Of a stretch of DNA of 64,000 nucleotides, positions 21,810 through 32,022 are shown piece after piece. The stretch is from Patescibacteria group bacterium (lineage in GTDB: Bacteria > Patescibacteriota > Gracilibacteria > UBA4473). The DNA lies in the NCBI GenBank assembly GCA_965660445.1, contig CBFIAK010000001.1, positions 256,001 to 320,000 of the forward strand, written 5' to 3'. The position numbers were made by a program, and so were the translations under genes. Position 1 is the first letter of the stretch; each line of letters starts with the position of its first letter. A model generated the notes under the pieces. The model ran no database searches. It worked only from the letters and a program-made list of their open reading frames with translations, and was not told the origin of the DNA.

Positions 21810-23021
21810 ATGAAACTGATTCTACAAAACTTTCATGATGTTAATTTTCAAAATATTCGGCAAGAAATTTGGTTTTGGTTTGGATTTGGGGTGTTTTTGT
21901 ATGGAATCGGTCGATTTTTAGACTCATCTTTATTCTTCTGGTTTGATGAAATATTACGAACCCCTTTTCTCGATGATTTTTCTGTCTTTGTGACCGAGAA
22001 ATTAATTTGGGTTCTCTTGGCATTATTTGCTTTTGTGACTGGTTATCGGGTCTGGAAAAATCCTGACCATCATACAAAATTAGTTCCAGCGCTATTCTCG
22101 GTTATTCTTTCAGGAATTATCGCATTTGTCGCAAAATCATTATTTCATGTCCCGCGTCCATTCTTGCAAATGGATTTAATACCTTTAATTGATGCTCCTT
22201 CTTTTAGTTTCCCTTCCGCTCATACAGCAGTAGCATTTGCCTTGCTTATTCCTTTTTTTCGGATTGATAAAATTATTGGATCTTTGTGGCTCCTGTTTGC
22301 TATTTTAGTAGGATTTGCACGTGTGTATCAAAATGTACATTTTCCATCAGATATTGCTGGGGGTATCTTTATAGGTGGTATCGTGGGAAGCTTTTTTTCT
22401 AATAATAACGTTAAAAAAATGATTCTTGTGCTTTGGAATGAACTTGAATTTCGTCGTCAAACATTCCATTTTTTCTCTGGATTCTGCGTAGTCTTTGCTC
22501 ATTGGACTGGTTTTTTTCCTTTGCGTGTCATTGCTTTGTGTCTTTTGGGAGGGCTTGCACTATCGTGGTATTCTATTCATAACAAAATTCCAGTTATTTC
22601 AAATTTGTTAACTCTTTTTGATCGTCCTCGTGATAGAAATTTCCCTGGGAAAGGAGCCTATTATTTTCTCTTAGGGGTCTTTCTTGTATTTATCTTGTTT
22701 CCGAAAGAAGATATTCCCATTGCTTATGCATCGATTCTTATCCTTTCAGTGGGGGATTCTTTAAATCATCTGTTTGATAAAAGACCAGAAGGAAAAATAA
22801 AACTATCGTGGAATCGAAGAAAAAATCTTATTGGACTTCTTATTGGTATTATAGGAGGGACTATTGCCGCTCAGTTTTTTGTGCCTTTTTTTCCTGCATT
22901 ACTCGCTTCAACATTTGCTTTACTTATAGAATCTGTGCCTATACGGTTTGGTAAGTTTTATATTGATGATAATATCTTAGTGCCCATTGTCGCTGGGTTT
23001 GTATTGTGGGTGTTTGTGTAG
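21810..23021 (+). CDS. PAP2 phosphatase / dolichol(phytol) kinase-family fusion membrane protein
   Basis: K......RP, SFPSAH, ARVYQNVHFPSD (PAP2), followed by EFRRQTFH, LSVGDS, K..IG, IDDNILVP (Sec59/CTP-dependent kinase). Confidence 0.8.
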   Translation: MKLILQNFHDVNFQNIRQEIWFWFGFGVFLYGIGRFLDSSLFFWFDEILRTPFLDDFSVFVTEKLIWVLLALFAFVTGYRVWKNPDHHTKLVPALFSVILSGIIAFVAKSLFHVPRPFLQMDLIPLIDAPSFSFPSAHTAVAFALLIPFFRIDKIIGSLWLLFAILVGFARVYQNVHFPSDIAGGIFIGGIVGSFFSNNNVKKMILVLWNELEFRRQTFHFFSGFCVVFAHWTGFFPLRVIALCLLGGLALSWYSIHNKIPVISNLLTLFDRPRDRNFPGKGAYYFLLGVFLVFILFPKEDIPIAYASILILSVGDSLNHLFDKRPEGKIKLSWNRRKNLIGLLIGIIGGTIAAQFFVPFFPALLASTFALLIESVPIRFGKFYIDDNILVPIVAGFVLWVFV

Positions 23022-23029
23022 TAGTGAAA

Positions 23030-23488
23030 ATGAGAATCTGGAATCTTAATGAGAATCTAGAATCCTGAATCCAGAATCTTGAATAAATCACAGGAAGTGC
23101 AGTGAATTCTTCGAATTCAGAATTATGAATGAGGAATTATGAATTAAGGAGAAGCGCAGGAGGGCTAAAGCGCTAAAATGGAGACCGGTCTCCAAGTTTT
23201 GGCTTCACTGTGGTATTTTTTGTTTTTTTTGAGTTATTGTATAGTAACAGTGAAGTGAAAAAGACTTTTCACTTCAGAATTATGAATCATGAATGAGGAA
23301 TTATGGGGAAGCGCAGGAGCTACATGGAATCTGGAATCTAGAACAAATCGCAGGAATCACAAAAAAAATCACAAGGTGGTGCAAAGCCTTGTGATTCTCC
23401 CTAGATTCCAGATTCCAGATTCTAGATTCGAGCGCCCTAGCGCTCTTGCGCTCTTGCGCTTCCCCTAACTCATTATTCTTACTTCATT
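23030..23488. repeat. Mosaic intergenic repeat, copy B
   Basis: Heptamer arrays, TGAATTCTTCGAATTCA hairpin, GAGACCGGTCTC at 23181-23192, ATCACAAGGTGGTGCAAAGCCTTGTGAT at 23368-23395, GCGCTCTT repeats. Confidence 0.92.
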
Positions 23489-24781
23489 CTATAGCTGTCC
23501 TCGGAGTTCTAATGCGTTTACAATACGTTCTATTCCGAGAATAAAAGCTGATTGTCGATATGAAGTTTTATAGTTTTCATGAATGAACAGTAAATCACGA
23601 AATGCATTATCCATTACTTTTTTGAGTTTCTCATTTACGAAATCTTCTTCCCAAATATCACCTGACCGATTTTGAACCCATTCGAAATACGAAACAGTAA
23701 CACCTCCTGCATTGGCAAGAATATCAGGAATAACCGTAATACCCTTTTTCTCAAGTATATCATCTGCTTGAGGTGTAATAGGTCCATTTGCGAGTTCTAA
23801 AATAGTTCGAGCTTTTATCTTATCAGCATTTTCTTCATGAATAACTCCATCAAGTGCCGCAAGAACAAGAACATCAACATCGAGTTGTAGCAATTCTTCA
23901 TTAGAAACAATGCGTACCTTTTCTCGACTCATGTGATCAATATCACATGTATCACCTTCACAAAAATTCCCTCTCAATGAACCTCCTTTTTGCTTGTATT
24001 CATGAATTTTTGGAACATCAAATGCATTATTTTCTGTTACCACTCCTCCAGAACTGTCAGAAACAGCTACAACTTTGTAGCCATGCTTATGAGCAATGTC
24101 AGCAAAATAAGATCCCGCATTTCCAAATCCTTGAATGGCAATAGTTGTATCAACCGGTAGTTTTTTGAGTGTTTCTAAGTACTGAGAAAGAATAAAAAAT
24201 CCACCTTGGCTTGTTGCATAACTCCGACCAAGAGAACCCCCTAGCTCAAGAGGTTTTCCAGTTATAACTCCTGGTGATTTGTGACCAATTACCTTCTCGT
24301 GTTCATCAAGCATCCATGACATAATTTGGGGCGTTGTGTAAACATCGGGAGCTGGAATGTCTTTGTGAACACCAAATATGCCCTGTTCGGTTCCTATTCG
24401 AAAATAAGCTCGACTCATCCGTTCAAGTTCTTTTGGAGAAAGTGTTTTTGGGTTTATGGTGACTCCTCCTTTTCCACCTCCCAAAGGAATATTTACAACC
24501 GCACATTTCAAAGACATAAGTGAAGCAAGTGATTTTACTTCGTTCAAATCCGCTTCATGATGAAAACGAATACCTCCTTTATAAGGTCCACGTGCAGAAT
24601 TATGCTGTACACGATATCCATCAACCGTATGCTTTTTTCCTGAATCAAGCTCGAATTCTACTTGGAATTCATGAATTGATTCCGGCGTTTCAATGCGATG
24701 AAGTGCTTCGGTTGAAAGTTTGATTGTTTTGGCAGCTTTTCGAACATTGGTAAGAAAATGCTCATATGGTTTTTTTGTCAT
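23489..24781 (-). CDS. gdhA: Glu/Leu/Phe/Val family glutamate dehydrogenase
   Basis: RVQHNSARGPYKGGIRF, GGGKGG, DIPAPDV, TGKP..LGGS, QGFGNAG, ANAGGVTVSYFEWVQN. Confidence 0.95.
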   Translation of the reverse strand: MTKKPYEHFLTNVRKAAKTIKLSTEALHRIETPESIHEFQVEFELDSGKKHTVDGYRVQHNSARGPYKGGIRFHHEADLNEVKSLASLMSLKCAVVNIPLGGGKGGVTINPKTLSPKELERMSRAYFRIGTEQGIFGVHKDIPAPDVYTTPQIMSWMLDEHEKVIGHKSPGVITGKPLELGGSLGRSYATSQGGFFILSQYLETLKKLPVDTTIAIQGFGNAGSYFADIAHKHGYKVVAVSDSSGGVVTENNAFDVPKIHEYKQKGGSLRGNFCEGDTCDIDHMSREKVRIVSNEELLQLDVDVLVLAALDGVIHEENADKIKARTILELANGPITPQADDILEKKGITVIPDILANAGGVTVSYFEWVQNRSGDIWEEDFVNEKLKKVMDNAFRDLLFIHENYKTSYRQSAFILGIERIVNALELRGQL

Positions 24782-24882
24782 CAGAAAAAGAAGATAAAAA
24801 ATAAGAATGTATCTGCATTGTGACGAATATTAAAAAAAAATCAAATATACCCCACCCCCTATATAAAAAAAATGTTTCGTCT

Positions 24883-25704
24883 TCATAGCCATGCTTTTTT
24901 CCAACTCCGCCACCAACGAATAGATGGAATAAAAAAAGAAAATGGAGTGCTTATAAAAATGAGAAAGGCGAGTATTATTTTTTTCTGTTTTCGAGGTAGG
25001 AGGAGAACTTCTGGATGAAGCTTTTCGAAAATAGCCGCATTTGATCGTGCATTCCGAGTATTGTTCCATACGTTTTGAGGTGTTTGTTTGTGGTCATGGT
25101 ATACCGTCCAAATTGGATCAAAGAAAAGCGAAAATCCTTTTTGATACAGTCTGTATCCAAACTCTGTATCTTCAAACCCCCATCCCTGAAACGCAAGAGA
25201 AAAGCGATCAGTTCCAATAATAGACCGTTTGAGCGATATATTAGATGTGTAAAAATGACGCCATGATGGAGTATTGTGTCGTAAAAAATGAAACTGAAAC
25301 TGCGCATGATTGAGTAGCCATTGATGAAAAGGATCATTGGCAAGTTTTTTATCCCATGCGACAAATCCGAGCAGTGCTTTTGTTTCTTGTGGATGAGCTG
25401 TGTGAAACGCAATCATTCTCTGTAACCATTTTTCATCGGGATAAGTATCGTCTCCTAAAAATGCAATAATATCTCCACGAGCATTATCAAGCCCTATATT
25501 TCGAGCTCCAGCGGAATAGGTTTTTGTTTTGGTTGTAAAAATTCGAACCCATGAAGGAATGTTCTGGAGCGTAACAGCCACGTTGTCAAAAATAACCAAA
25601 CATTCAATCGAGTGTCTTGAGAAGTCAGAACATGACTCTATCGATTCAAGCACTTTCGGGAGAGTTTCTCGTCCGATAGTTGGAATGATGATTGATATTT
25701 TCAT
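24883..25704 (-). CDS. Glycosyltransferase family 2
   Basis: ISIIIPT, AGARN.G, IAFLGDD, GWGFEDTEFGYRL. Confidence 0.9.
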   Translation of the reverse strand: MKISIIIPTIGRETLPKVLESIESCSDFSRHSIECLVIFDNVAVTLQNIPSWVRIFTTKTKTYSAGARNIGLDNARGDIIAFLGDDTYPDEKWLQRMIAFHTAHPQETKALLGFVAWDKKLANDPFHQWLLNHAQFQFHFLRHNTPSWRHFYTSNISLKRSIIGTDRFSLAFQGWGFEDTEFGYRLYQKGFSLFFDPIWTVYHDHKQTPQNVWNNTRNARSNAAIFEKLHPEVLLLPRKQKKIILAFLIFISTPFSFFIPSIRWWRSWKKAWL

Positions 25705-25780
25705 AAATAAAAAATGGACAATGACAGAAACAATTTACAAAAAAAAGAAGACTGAGTACAATAAAAAAGAAGAAAACATT

Positions 25781-26350
25781 ATGAAAAACATATTTTTACA
25801 ACCGCGATCATTTTTTCTTTTGCTTTGTATTCTTTTTCTCTGGGGATGCAAGGACGATACCCAACCAGAAACAACTCCAGTTGTTGTGGAATCAGATACG
25901 CTTTCTCAATACGAAACGCCAGTGCTTGATATTGCGAGACCAACACTCTATACACAACTGCAAGAAGAATCAGGAATTGAAAGTTTTTTATCTATGATTC
26001 AAAAAGCAAAATTAGAACGATGGCTTAATTCGGCAGATGCAATGACAATATTTGTCCCAACAGATAAAGCTATTACACCACTGCTACAAGATAGAAACTT
26101 TATGAATCGTGTGATTTCTGACCCAAGTTTTCTTGAGCGATTTGTGAAACACCATGTTATTCCAGTCGCAATTGATCCGATAGTGCTTCAAAAGAATGGC
26201 ATGATGTATAGTGCAAGTGAAGCCGAAATATCAGTGCTTGCGCAAGGTTCAAAATCGTTTCTGAATGGGGTAATAGAAATTCCCAAAGAGCATATTAAAA
26301 CAGGGAATGGATATATCTATTTTATTGAGGCCCCTTTGCTCATTGAGTAA
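25781..26350 (+). CDS. Fasciclin-domain lipoprotein
   Basis: Lipobox LWGC; TIFVPTDKA, HVI and NGYIYFI fasciclin motifs. Confidence 0.8.
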   Translation: MKNIFLQPRSFFLLLCILFLWGCKDDTQPETTPVVVESDTLSQYETPVLDIARPTLYTQLQEESGIESFLSMIQKAKLERWLNSADAMTIFVPTDKAITPLLQDRNFMNRVISDPSFLERFVKHHVIPVAIDPIVLQKNGMMYSASEAEISVLAQGSKSFLNGVIEIPKEHIKTGNGYIYFIEAPLLIE

Positions 26351-27345
26351 GCCTTTTTGAGTGCGTAAATATTTAAGAACAAAACACAAGTTGTAATTCC
26401 AATAAGTGTTATTATTTTTGTGAAACCTTCTAAAAAAAGAACACTTCCTCCAAAAAAACTAGAAACAATAAGAAATAATACCGTTGTTTTTTGTGGACCA
26501 AGAAGGCGTGCAAAATTGTGATGCATATGGAATAAGTCCCCAGAGAATGGGGATTTTTTGTCGATAGAAATGCGTCGAATGACAATAAATATACTATCGA
26601 TAATAGGAAGGCAGAGTACGAATAAAGTAACGGCTATTTTTGTTCCTGCAAATAATGAAAAAACAGCTAAAAGGAATCCGAGTATCTGTGACCCTGTATC
26701 CCCTAATATTATTTTTCCTCGAAGAAAAAAAAGAAAAGCCCCGAGGGTAATGCCTGCGAGATAAAAAGTGATAAGAAGAAAACTAGGAAGATTCGTTTCC
26801 CATTGTAATTCTGGGCGAATAAGTCCGAAAATACCAAGCGTTGTAAACCCAATAGAAGATATCCCAACAGAAAGTCCAGGAAGTCCATCAAACCAATTGA
26901 GTGCGTTTTGAATCATAATAACCCACACCACAGTCGCTCCTAATGCTATGATCGGCCATTGCATGATATGAAGACTGTCTCCGTCGGAAAATGGGTTTCC
27001 AATAAACTGAATACGAACACCAACCCAAAAAAGACCAATCGCCAAAGCAATGTGTATGCAGAGTCGAAAAAGTGCTGGAAGTGGGGTTCGGTCATCCCAA
27101 AAACTGATCCCCCCTAAAACTATTAAAAAAGGAATAAGCCACCAAAAAATGGGGAAAATAATACAAAAAAGAAGGGATAATACAAGTAAAATAATACCTC
27201 CTGGGTATGGAATTGGCGGTCTTGAAAGATTGTATCGATGAGGAAAATCAAGAAGTCCTATTTTTGGAAAAAACCATAAGCTCCCCCAAACACAAAGAAA
27301 TGAAACCAGAACACCGATACAAAAAAGAGTGAGAATCATGTGCAT
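26317..27345 (-). CDS. MraY/WecA/TagO family polyprenyl-phosphate GlcNAc-1-P transferase (GT4)
   Basis: PYPGG, WDD, NALNWFDGLPGL, ILGDTGS, LPIIDS, HMHH; start set at 27345. Confidence 0.88.
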   Translation of the reverse strand: MHMILTLFCIGVLVSFLCVWGSLWFFPKIGLLDFPHRYNLSRPPIPYPGGIILLVLSLLFCIIFPIFWWLIPFLIVLGGISFWDDRTPLPALFRLCIHIALAIGLFWVGVRIQFIGNPFSDGDSLHIMQWPIIALGATVVWVIMIQNALNWFDGLPGLSVGISSIGFTTLGIFGLIRPELQWETNLPSFLLITFYLAGITLGAFLFFLRGKIILGDTGSQILGFLLAVFSLFAGTKIAVTLFVLCLPIIDSIFIVIRRISIDKKSPFSGDLFHMHHNFARLLGPQKTTVLFLIVSSFFGGSVLFLEGFTKIITLIGITTCVLFLNIYALKKAYSMSKGASIK

Positions 27346-27459
27346 ATGATACCGAGTCGATACGAAAAAAAAAGAAAAAAATAAAAGACATGGTATTATT
27401 TTTTGACAAAGTGATGAAATACCATTATAAAACGACCGATTTATTTTTGAATTTCTACA

Positions 27460-27612
27460 ATGCTTGCAAAACGAAGATGGAGAAAACGGCTTCGAACACA
27501 TGGGTTTCGCGCTCGAATGCAAACGCCTTCTGGGCGGCGTATATTAGCAAATCGTCGGCGAAAAGGAAGAAAACTTATTAGCGTAGCAGGAAAAGAGAAG
27601 TCGTGGTCTTAA
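27460..27612 (+). CDS. rpmH: 50S ribosomal protein L34 (not in ORF track)
   Basis: Manual translation [50 protein letters not shown]; upstream of rnpA. Confidence 0.95.
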   Translation: MLAKRRWRKRLRTHGFRARMQTPSGRRILANRRRKGRKLISVAGKEKSWS

Positions 27613-27637
27613 TAGACTTCAATGATTCTTGTGTTTT

Positions 27638-27976
27638 ATGATTCCTCGAGATAAGCGGTTTACGGTTCGAATGTTTCAAAAGGTGTTTGAAAAATCCCAT
27701 CGATGGGGTATTGATAAACACCTTTTTCTTATTGGTAAAACGTCATCACAACCTCGATTTGCCGTTGTGGTGGGTAAAAAAATTTCCAAACAAGCGGTGG
27801 TGAGAAATCGATTGCGACGTCAAATCTATGAAATGATTCGTCGAGATTTTTTAGACAGAAACAAAAAATGGAATATCATATTCTTGTATCGAGGTGGTGA
27901 TGTTATAGATGATATAACATCCATAAAAGCTCCATTTGATGCTTTATTTCAGAGACTTGAACGTTCTCATTCTTAA
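27638..27976 (+). CDS. rnpA: Ribonuclease P protein component
   Basis: RFAVVVGKKISKQAVVRNRLRR (RNR motif); rpmH-rnpA-yidC synteny. Confidence 0.93.
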   Translation: MIPRDKRFTVRMFQKVFEKSHRWGIDKHLFLIGKTSSQPRFAVVVGKKISKQAVVRNRLRRQIYEMIRRDFLDRNKKWNIIFLYRGGDVIDDITSIKAPFDALFQRLERSHS

Positions 27977-27990
27977 TCTTTTTTTTTATT

Positions 27991-29307
27991 ATGACCCAGG
28001 TATCACATCCGAAAACCGGTAACAAACAACCATCTTTTTTTGGTAATTTCCTTCGTTGGTTTCTTGTGTTTTATATTCTTTTCTTTGCATTGCAGTATTT
28101 TTTTGGTGATCCGAAAGAAAGTGTGAGTGATTCAAATCTATCAGCAGATATAGTTATTCAGCCAGAACGAGATGAGTATGTAATGGGAAATGTTGTCCGT
28201 TTTTTTATTGAAAATACGAGTGATAAAACGTATGTATTCAACACTCCATGTGGTGCAGAAAATGAAAATGTAAAGTTCTCATTCGTCACTACCCATAGTG
28301 AAGCTATAGACTATACAGATATTTCGCGAAGTATGAGAGATCAGTGTCGCGAGTCTGAAATTGGAGATGTAACTCTTAATCCTCAACAATCAATTGTATT
28401 CCAAACAAAAGAATACAATGCAAATTTGTTTTCAGAAGCAGGTACGTATCAATTAGAAATGACATGGGAAGACGAAGAAGGAAATCCTCTCATTGTGCAG
28501 TCTGAAGTAGGTATTGAAAAAGCAGGTTGGTTTCGAACCTTGTTTCGAAGTATTGTCACTCGTCCATTGTTTAATATTTTAGTGTTTCTTACAGAATATG
28601 TTCCTGGAAATTCTTATGGAGTGGCTATTATTATCTTAACGATTCTTGTTCGATTGATTCTTTTTGTACCGAACCAGAAAGCTATGAAATCACAACGAGA
28701 ATTACAGAAAATTCAACCAGAGTTACTCAGAATAAAAGAACAGCATAAAGGAAATCAGCAAATGATTGCCCTTAAAACTATGGAATTGTATAAAAGCCAT
28801 AATATAAATCCATTGGGGGGGCTTTTGCCAATTTTGTTGCAAATGCCTTTTTTGCTGGGAATATTTTATTTATTACAAGACGGACTCTCTCCGCATTTAA
28901 GATACCTGCTTTATAGTTTTTATAATAATGCTGATTTTTCTATTGGAGACGTCTTCTTTGTTGGATTAAATTTAGGGGGAGGGTATGAAGTCAACGCTCT
29001 TGCACAAGTGATACTTGCGCTTGTTGTTGCGGGGGTGCAATTTGTCGCTGTTCGATTATCAATGGCTCGTGCACAAACAAAAGATAAACCAGTAGAAAAA
29101 AAGAATCCAGAAGATCCGATGTATATGATGCAGAATGCTGGAAAAATTATGATGTGGGTTATGCCATTTTTAGTGGCTTTGTTTAGCATCTCTTTGCCAG
29201 CCGGAGTTGGGCTTTACTGGTGTGTATCAACGCTTTTTGGTATTGGACAACAGTGGTTTGTGAATAAGCAACTTGAAAAACCACAAATTAGAAAAAAGAC
29301 TTCTTAG
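27991..29307 (+). CDS. yidC: Membrane protein insertase YidC
   Basis: YGVAIIILTILVRLIL, IQP, NPLGGLLPILLQMP, PAGVGLYW, QQ. Confidence 0.94.
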   Translation: MTQVSHPKTGNKQPSFFGNFLRWFLVFYILFFALQYFFGDPKESVSDSNLSADIVIQPERDEYVMGNVVRFFIENTSDKTYVFNTPCGAENENVKFSFVTTHSEAIDYTDISRSMRDQCRESEIGDVTLNPQQSIVFQTKEYNANLFSEAGTYQLEMTWEDEEGNPLIVQSEVGIEKAGWFRTLFRSIVTRPLFNILVFLTEYVPGNSYGVAIIILTILVRLILFVPNQKAMKSQRELQKIQPELLRIKEQHKGNQQMIALKTMELYKSHNINPLGGLLPILLQMPFLLGIFYLLQDGLSPHLRYLLYSFYNNADFSIGDVFFVGLNLGGGYEVNALAQVILALVVAGVQFVAVRLSMARAQTKDKPVEKKNPEDPMYMMQNAGKIMMWVMPFLVALFSISLPAGVGLYWCVSTLFGIGQQWFVNKQLEKPQIRKKTS

Positions 29308-29411
29308 AAATTGTTGTGGTCACTTGTAGGGGAAAGCATTTCTTTTTTTTAGTTTTCTTTTGGACTCAAAAAAAGAACATGGTATTATATTTGTGATTTT
29401 TGTATTTTCTT

Positions 29412-30020
29412 ATGATGGAACAGCGATCAAGACGAAAAAGTGCGATATTGCAAAGCGATACTCTTCGTCGTTTAATGCAGGGGTTTAACGTGCTATCACC
29501 TGAGAAAAAAGGAGTAGTTTTGTCACATATAGGAATATTGGTGTTTTCCTTTTTTCCATGGATGCACATAACTTCAAATGTTTCAGAATATGCGATTATC
29601 TTGTTTTCTCGTGGAAATGTATCGCTCTTTTTGATACTGACTATCATTTTCTTGTCTGCATTGGTTTTGTTTTTATTTATTGATTCTTTCCTCGGACTGA
29701 AAACGATAAAACTCCCTTTTTCTACAGATTATGTCTATGCTTTTGTAGGAATGCAGCAGTTTATTATTGCATTTTTAGCCCTTTCGGCATTGGTTATTTG
29801 GGGTAAACAAATTGGAATTGTAAGACTTTCTTTTGGGTTCTTTTTTACGATGATTTGTATTATTGCGGCTATTGTAGCAACATTTTTAGATATCAGAGTG
29901 CAAAAACGAAAAAAGACGCAAGAATTTTTCCGATCTCCTGCGTCGTCACCCGCTCCTGATACAACTCAAGCATCTTCAGAACCAAAACAAACACGTATTA
30001 ACCAAGTTGATAAGATTTAA
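29412..30020 (+). CDS. Hypothetical membrane protein (about 4 TM helices)
   Basis: Hydrophobic segments, FFPW motif; co-directional with yidC. Confidence 0.7.
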   Translation: MMEQRSRRKSAILQSDTLRRLMQGFNVLSPEKKGVVLSHIGILVFSFFPWMHITSNVSEYAIILFSRGNVSLFLILTIIFLSALVLFLFIDSFLGLKTIKLPFSTDYVYAFVGMQQFIIAFLALSALVIWGKQIGIVRLSFGFFFTMICIIAAIVATFLDIRVQKRKKTQEFFRSPASSPAPDTTQASSEPKQTRINQVDKI

Positions 30021-30028
30021 CTGAGAGA

Positions 30029-30454
30029 ATGAATATGCAGAGTGATAATTCGTTTTTAACAGAAGACCAACTCGAGGGGAAAGCCTCTGGAGATGTTCAT
30101 CTTCAAGACTTAGATGATGCTATTAACAAAGTGTTTTCCATTATCAATGAAGATGCCGTACAATTCTATAAGAAATCGGATGAGTCTGAGTGGCCACAAT
30201 GTAAAATATCAGTGTATAATCATGAACTTAAACAAATTGTACCTGCTGGTATTGGACAAACACTTAAAGGAAACGCAAGAACAGTATGTGGACTCACTGG
30301 TTCGAAAAAAATATCGATTGGGAAAGAGGATGTTTTAAAAAATTATTACCACATTAAAGAGATTCCTCAAGAAGAACTTTTGGAAAATGCAAAACAGTTC
30401 ACACAAGCAGATGGTCATCATTCAAAACGAAAACCAACACACAAACGCACATAA
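30029..30454 (+). CDS. Hypothetical protein
   Basis: 141 aa ORF tightly packed between the membrane gene and recA. Confidence 0.7.
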   Translation: MNMQSDNSFLTEDQLEGKASGDVHLQDLDDAINKVFSIINEDAVQFYKKSDESEWPQCKISVYNHELKQIVPAGIGQTLKGNARTVCGLTGSKKISIGKEDVLKNYYHIKEIPQEELLENAKQFTQADGHHSKRKPTHKRT

Positions 30455-30484
30455 TATATTTCTATTTTTAACCCTTTATACAGT

Positions 30485-31546
30485 ATGGCAAATGAAAAAA
30501 CAACGGCTTCTACAGAAAAAAAACAAGCACGTCCCTCAAAAAGTAACGCCCTGAGTGATGAAAAAAAATCAGCATTGCAAACAGCGATGTTACAAATTGA
30601 AAAAAACTTTGGAAAAGGTTCTATTATGCGACTTGGAGAAAGAGAAAAAGTAAATATTGAAAAAGTGTCTTCGGGATCAATATCTCTCGATTTAGCACTT
30701 GGAGGTGGATATCCAAAAGGGCGTATTATTGAAATATATGGTCCAGAAAGTTCAGGAAAAACAACATTTTGTTTGCATGCCGCCGCAGAGTTTCAACGTC
30801 GTGATGGGGTTGTTGCTTTTGTTGATGCAGAACACGCACTTGATCCTGAATATGCAAAGAAAATTGGTGTGGATACGGAGAACCTGCTTTTATCTCAGCC
30901 CGATTCAGGAGAACAAGCTCTTGAAATTGTAGAAGCTTTAGTACGATCAGGAAGTGTAGACTTAATTGTTGTTGACTCTGTTGCAGCACTAACACCAAAA
31001 GCTGAAATTGAGGGGGCTATGGGTGATGCTCAAATGGGACTCCAAGCAAGACTTATGAGTCAGGCATTACGAAAACTCACTGCTATTAGTGCAAAAATGG
31101 GAACGACTATTATTTTTGTGAACCAAATTCGTATGAAAATTGGGGTTATGTTTGGAAACCCAGAGACTACAACAGGAGGGAATGCATTGAAATTCTATGC
31201 ATCAATCCGTATGGAAGTACGAAAAGGTGCAAAACTAGAAACGGGAACAGGTGATGATAAAGAAGCGCACGGAAATATAGCGACTATTAAAATCGTGAAA
31301 AATAAAGTAGCTCCTCCGTTTAAAAAAGCGAATGTTGATATTCTCTTCAATGAAGGAATTTCTCGATATGGGGATTTGCTAGAAGTTGGAACCTCTATGG
31401 ATATCATCCAAAAAGCAGGAGCGTTTTATAGCTATACGGGAACCAAGCTTGGACAAGGAAAAACAAATGCCGTCAGTTTTCTGAAGAATAATCCTGATTT
31501 AGGATCAGAAATTGAGAGTTTGATTCGAGAAAAAGCAGGACTGTAG
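30485..31546 (+). CDS. recA: Recombinase A
   Basis: [53 protein letters not shown]. Confidence 0.99.
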   Translation: MANEKTTASTEKKQARPSKSNALSDEKKSALQTAMLQIEKNFGKGSIMRLGEREKVNIEKVSSGSISLDLALGGGYPKGRIIEIYGPESSGKTTFCLHAAAEFQRRDGVVAFVDAEHALDPEYAKKIGVDTENLLLSQPDSGEQALEIVEALVRSGSVDLIVVDSVAALTPKAEIEGAMGDAQMGLQARLMSQALRKLTAISAKMGTTIIFVNQIRMKIGVMFGNPETTTGGNALKFYASIRMEVRKGAKLETGTGDDKEAHGNIATIKIVKNKVAPPFKKANVDILFNEGISRYGDLLEVGTSMDIIQKAGAFYSYTGTKLGQGKTNAVSFLKNNPDLGSEIESLIREKAGL

Positions 31547-32022
31547 TAATGAAATCAGAGCAAGAGCACTAGGGCGCTCGAATCTTGAATCTTGAATCCA
31601 GAATCTAGGGAGAATCACAAGGCTTTGCACCACCTTGTGATTTTTTTTGTGATTCCTGCGATTCCTGTGATTTATTCAAGATTCCGGATTCCAGATTCCA
31701 TATTCTACTATTACACAATAACTCTAAAAAAACAAAAAAGTATACAATGAAGCCAAAAACTCGAGACCGGTCTCCAAGTTTTGGCTTAAATAAAGCATTT
31801 GGCATGTCAAATCCCCAAGCTTTTATTATTTTTTAATCTATACCTACGTAAAATGGAGACCGGTCTCCATTTCTCCATTTTATAAGAATTAAGATTGAGA
31901 TTCAGATTGAGAAATAAGGAACAATCACAAGTCTTTACACCACCTTGTGATTCCTGCGCTTCTTGCGATTTTACCAAGATTCAAGATTCCGGATTCCAGA
32001 TTCTCATTGAGATTCCAGATTC
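31547..32022. repeat. Mosaic intergenic repeat, copy C (largely inverted relative to A and B)
   Basis: Two GAGACCGGTCTC palindromes (31763-31774, 31856-31867), two ATCACAAG...CTTGTGAT hairpins (31614-31641, 31924-31951), heptamer arrays. Confidence 0.92.

Noticed and set aside
17728-31867. GAGACC/GGTCTC (BsaI) sites as a cloning artefact
   Set aside because: They are embedded in naturally diverged repeat modules with no vector sequence
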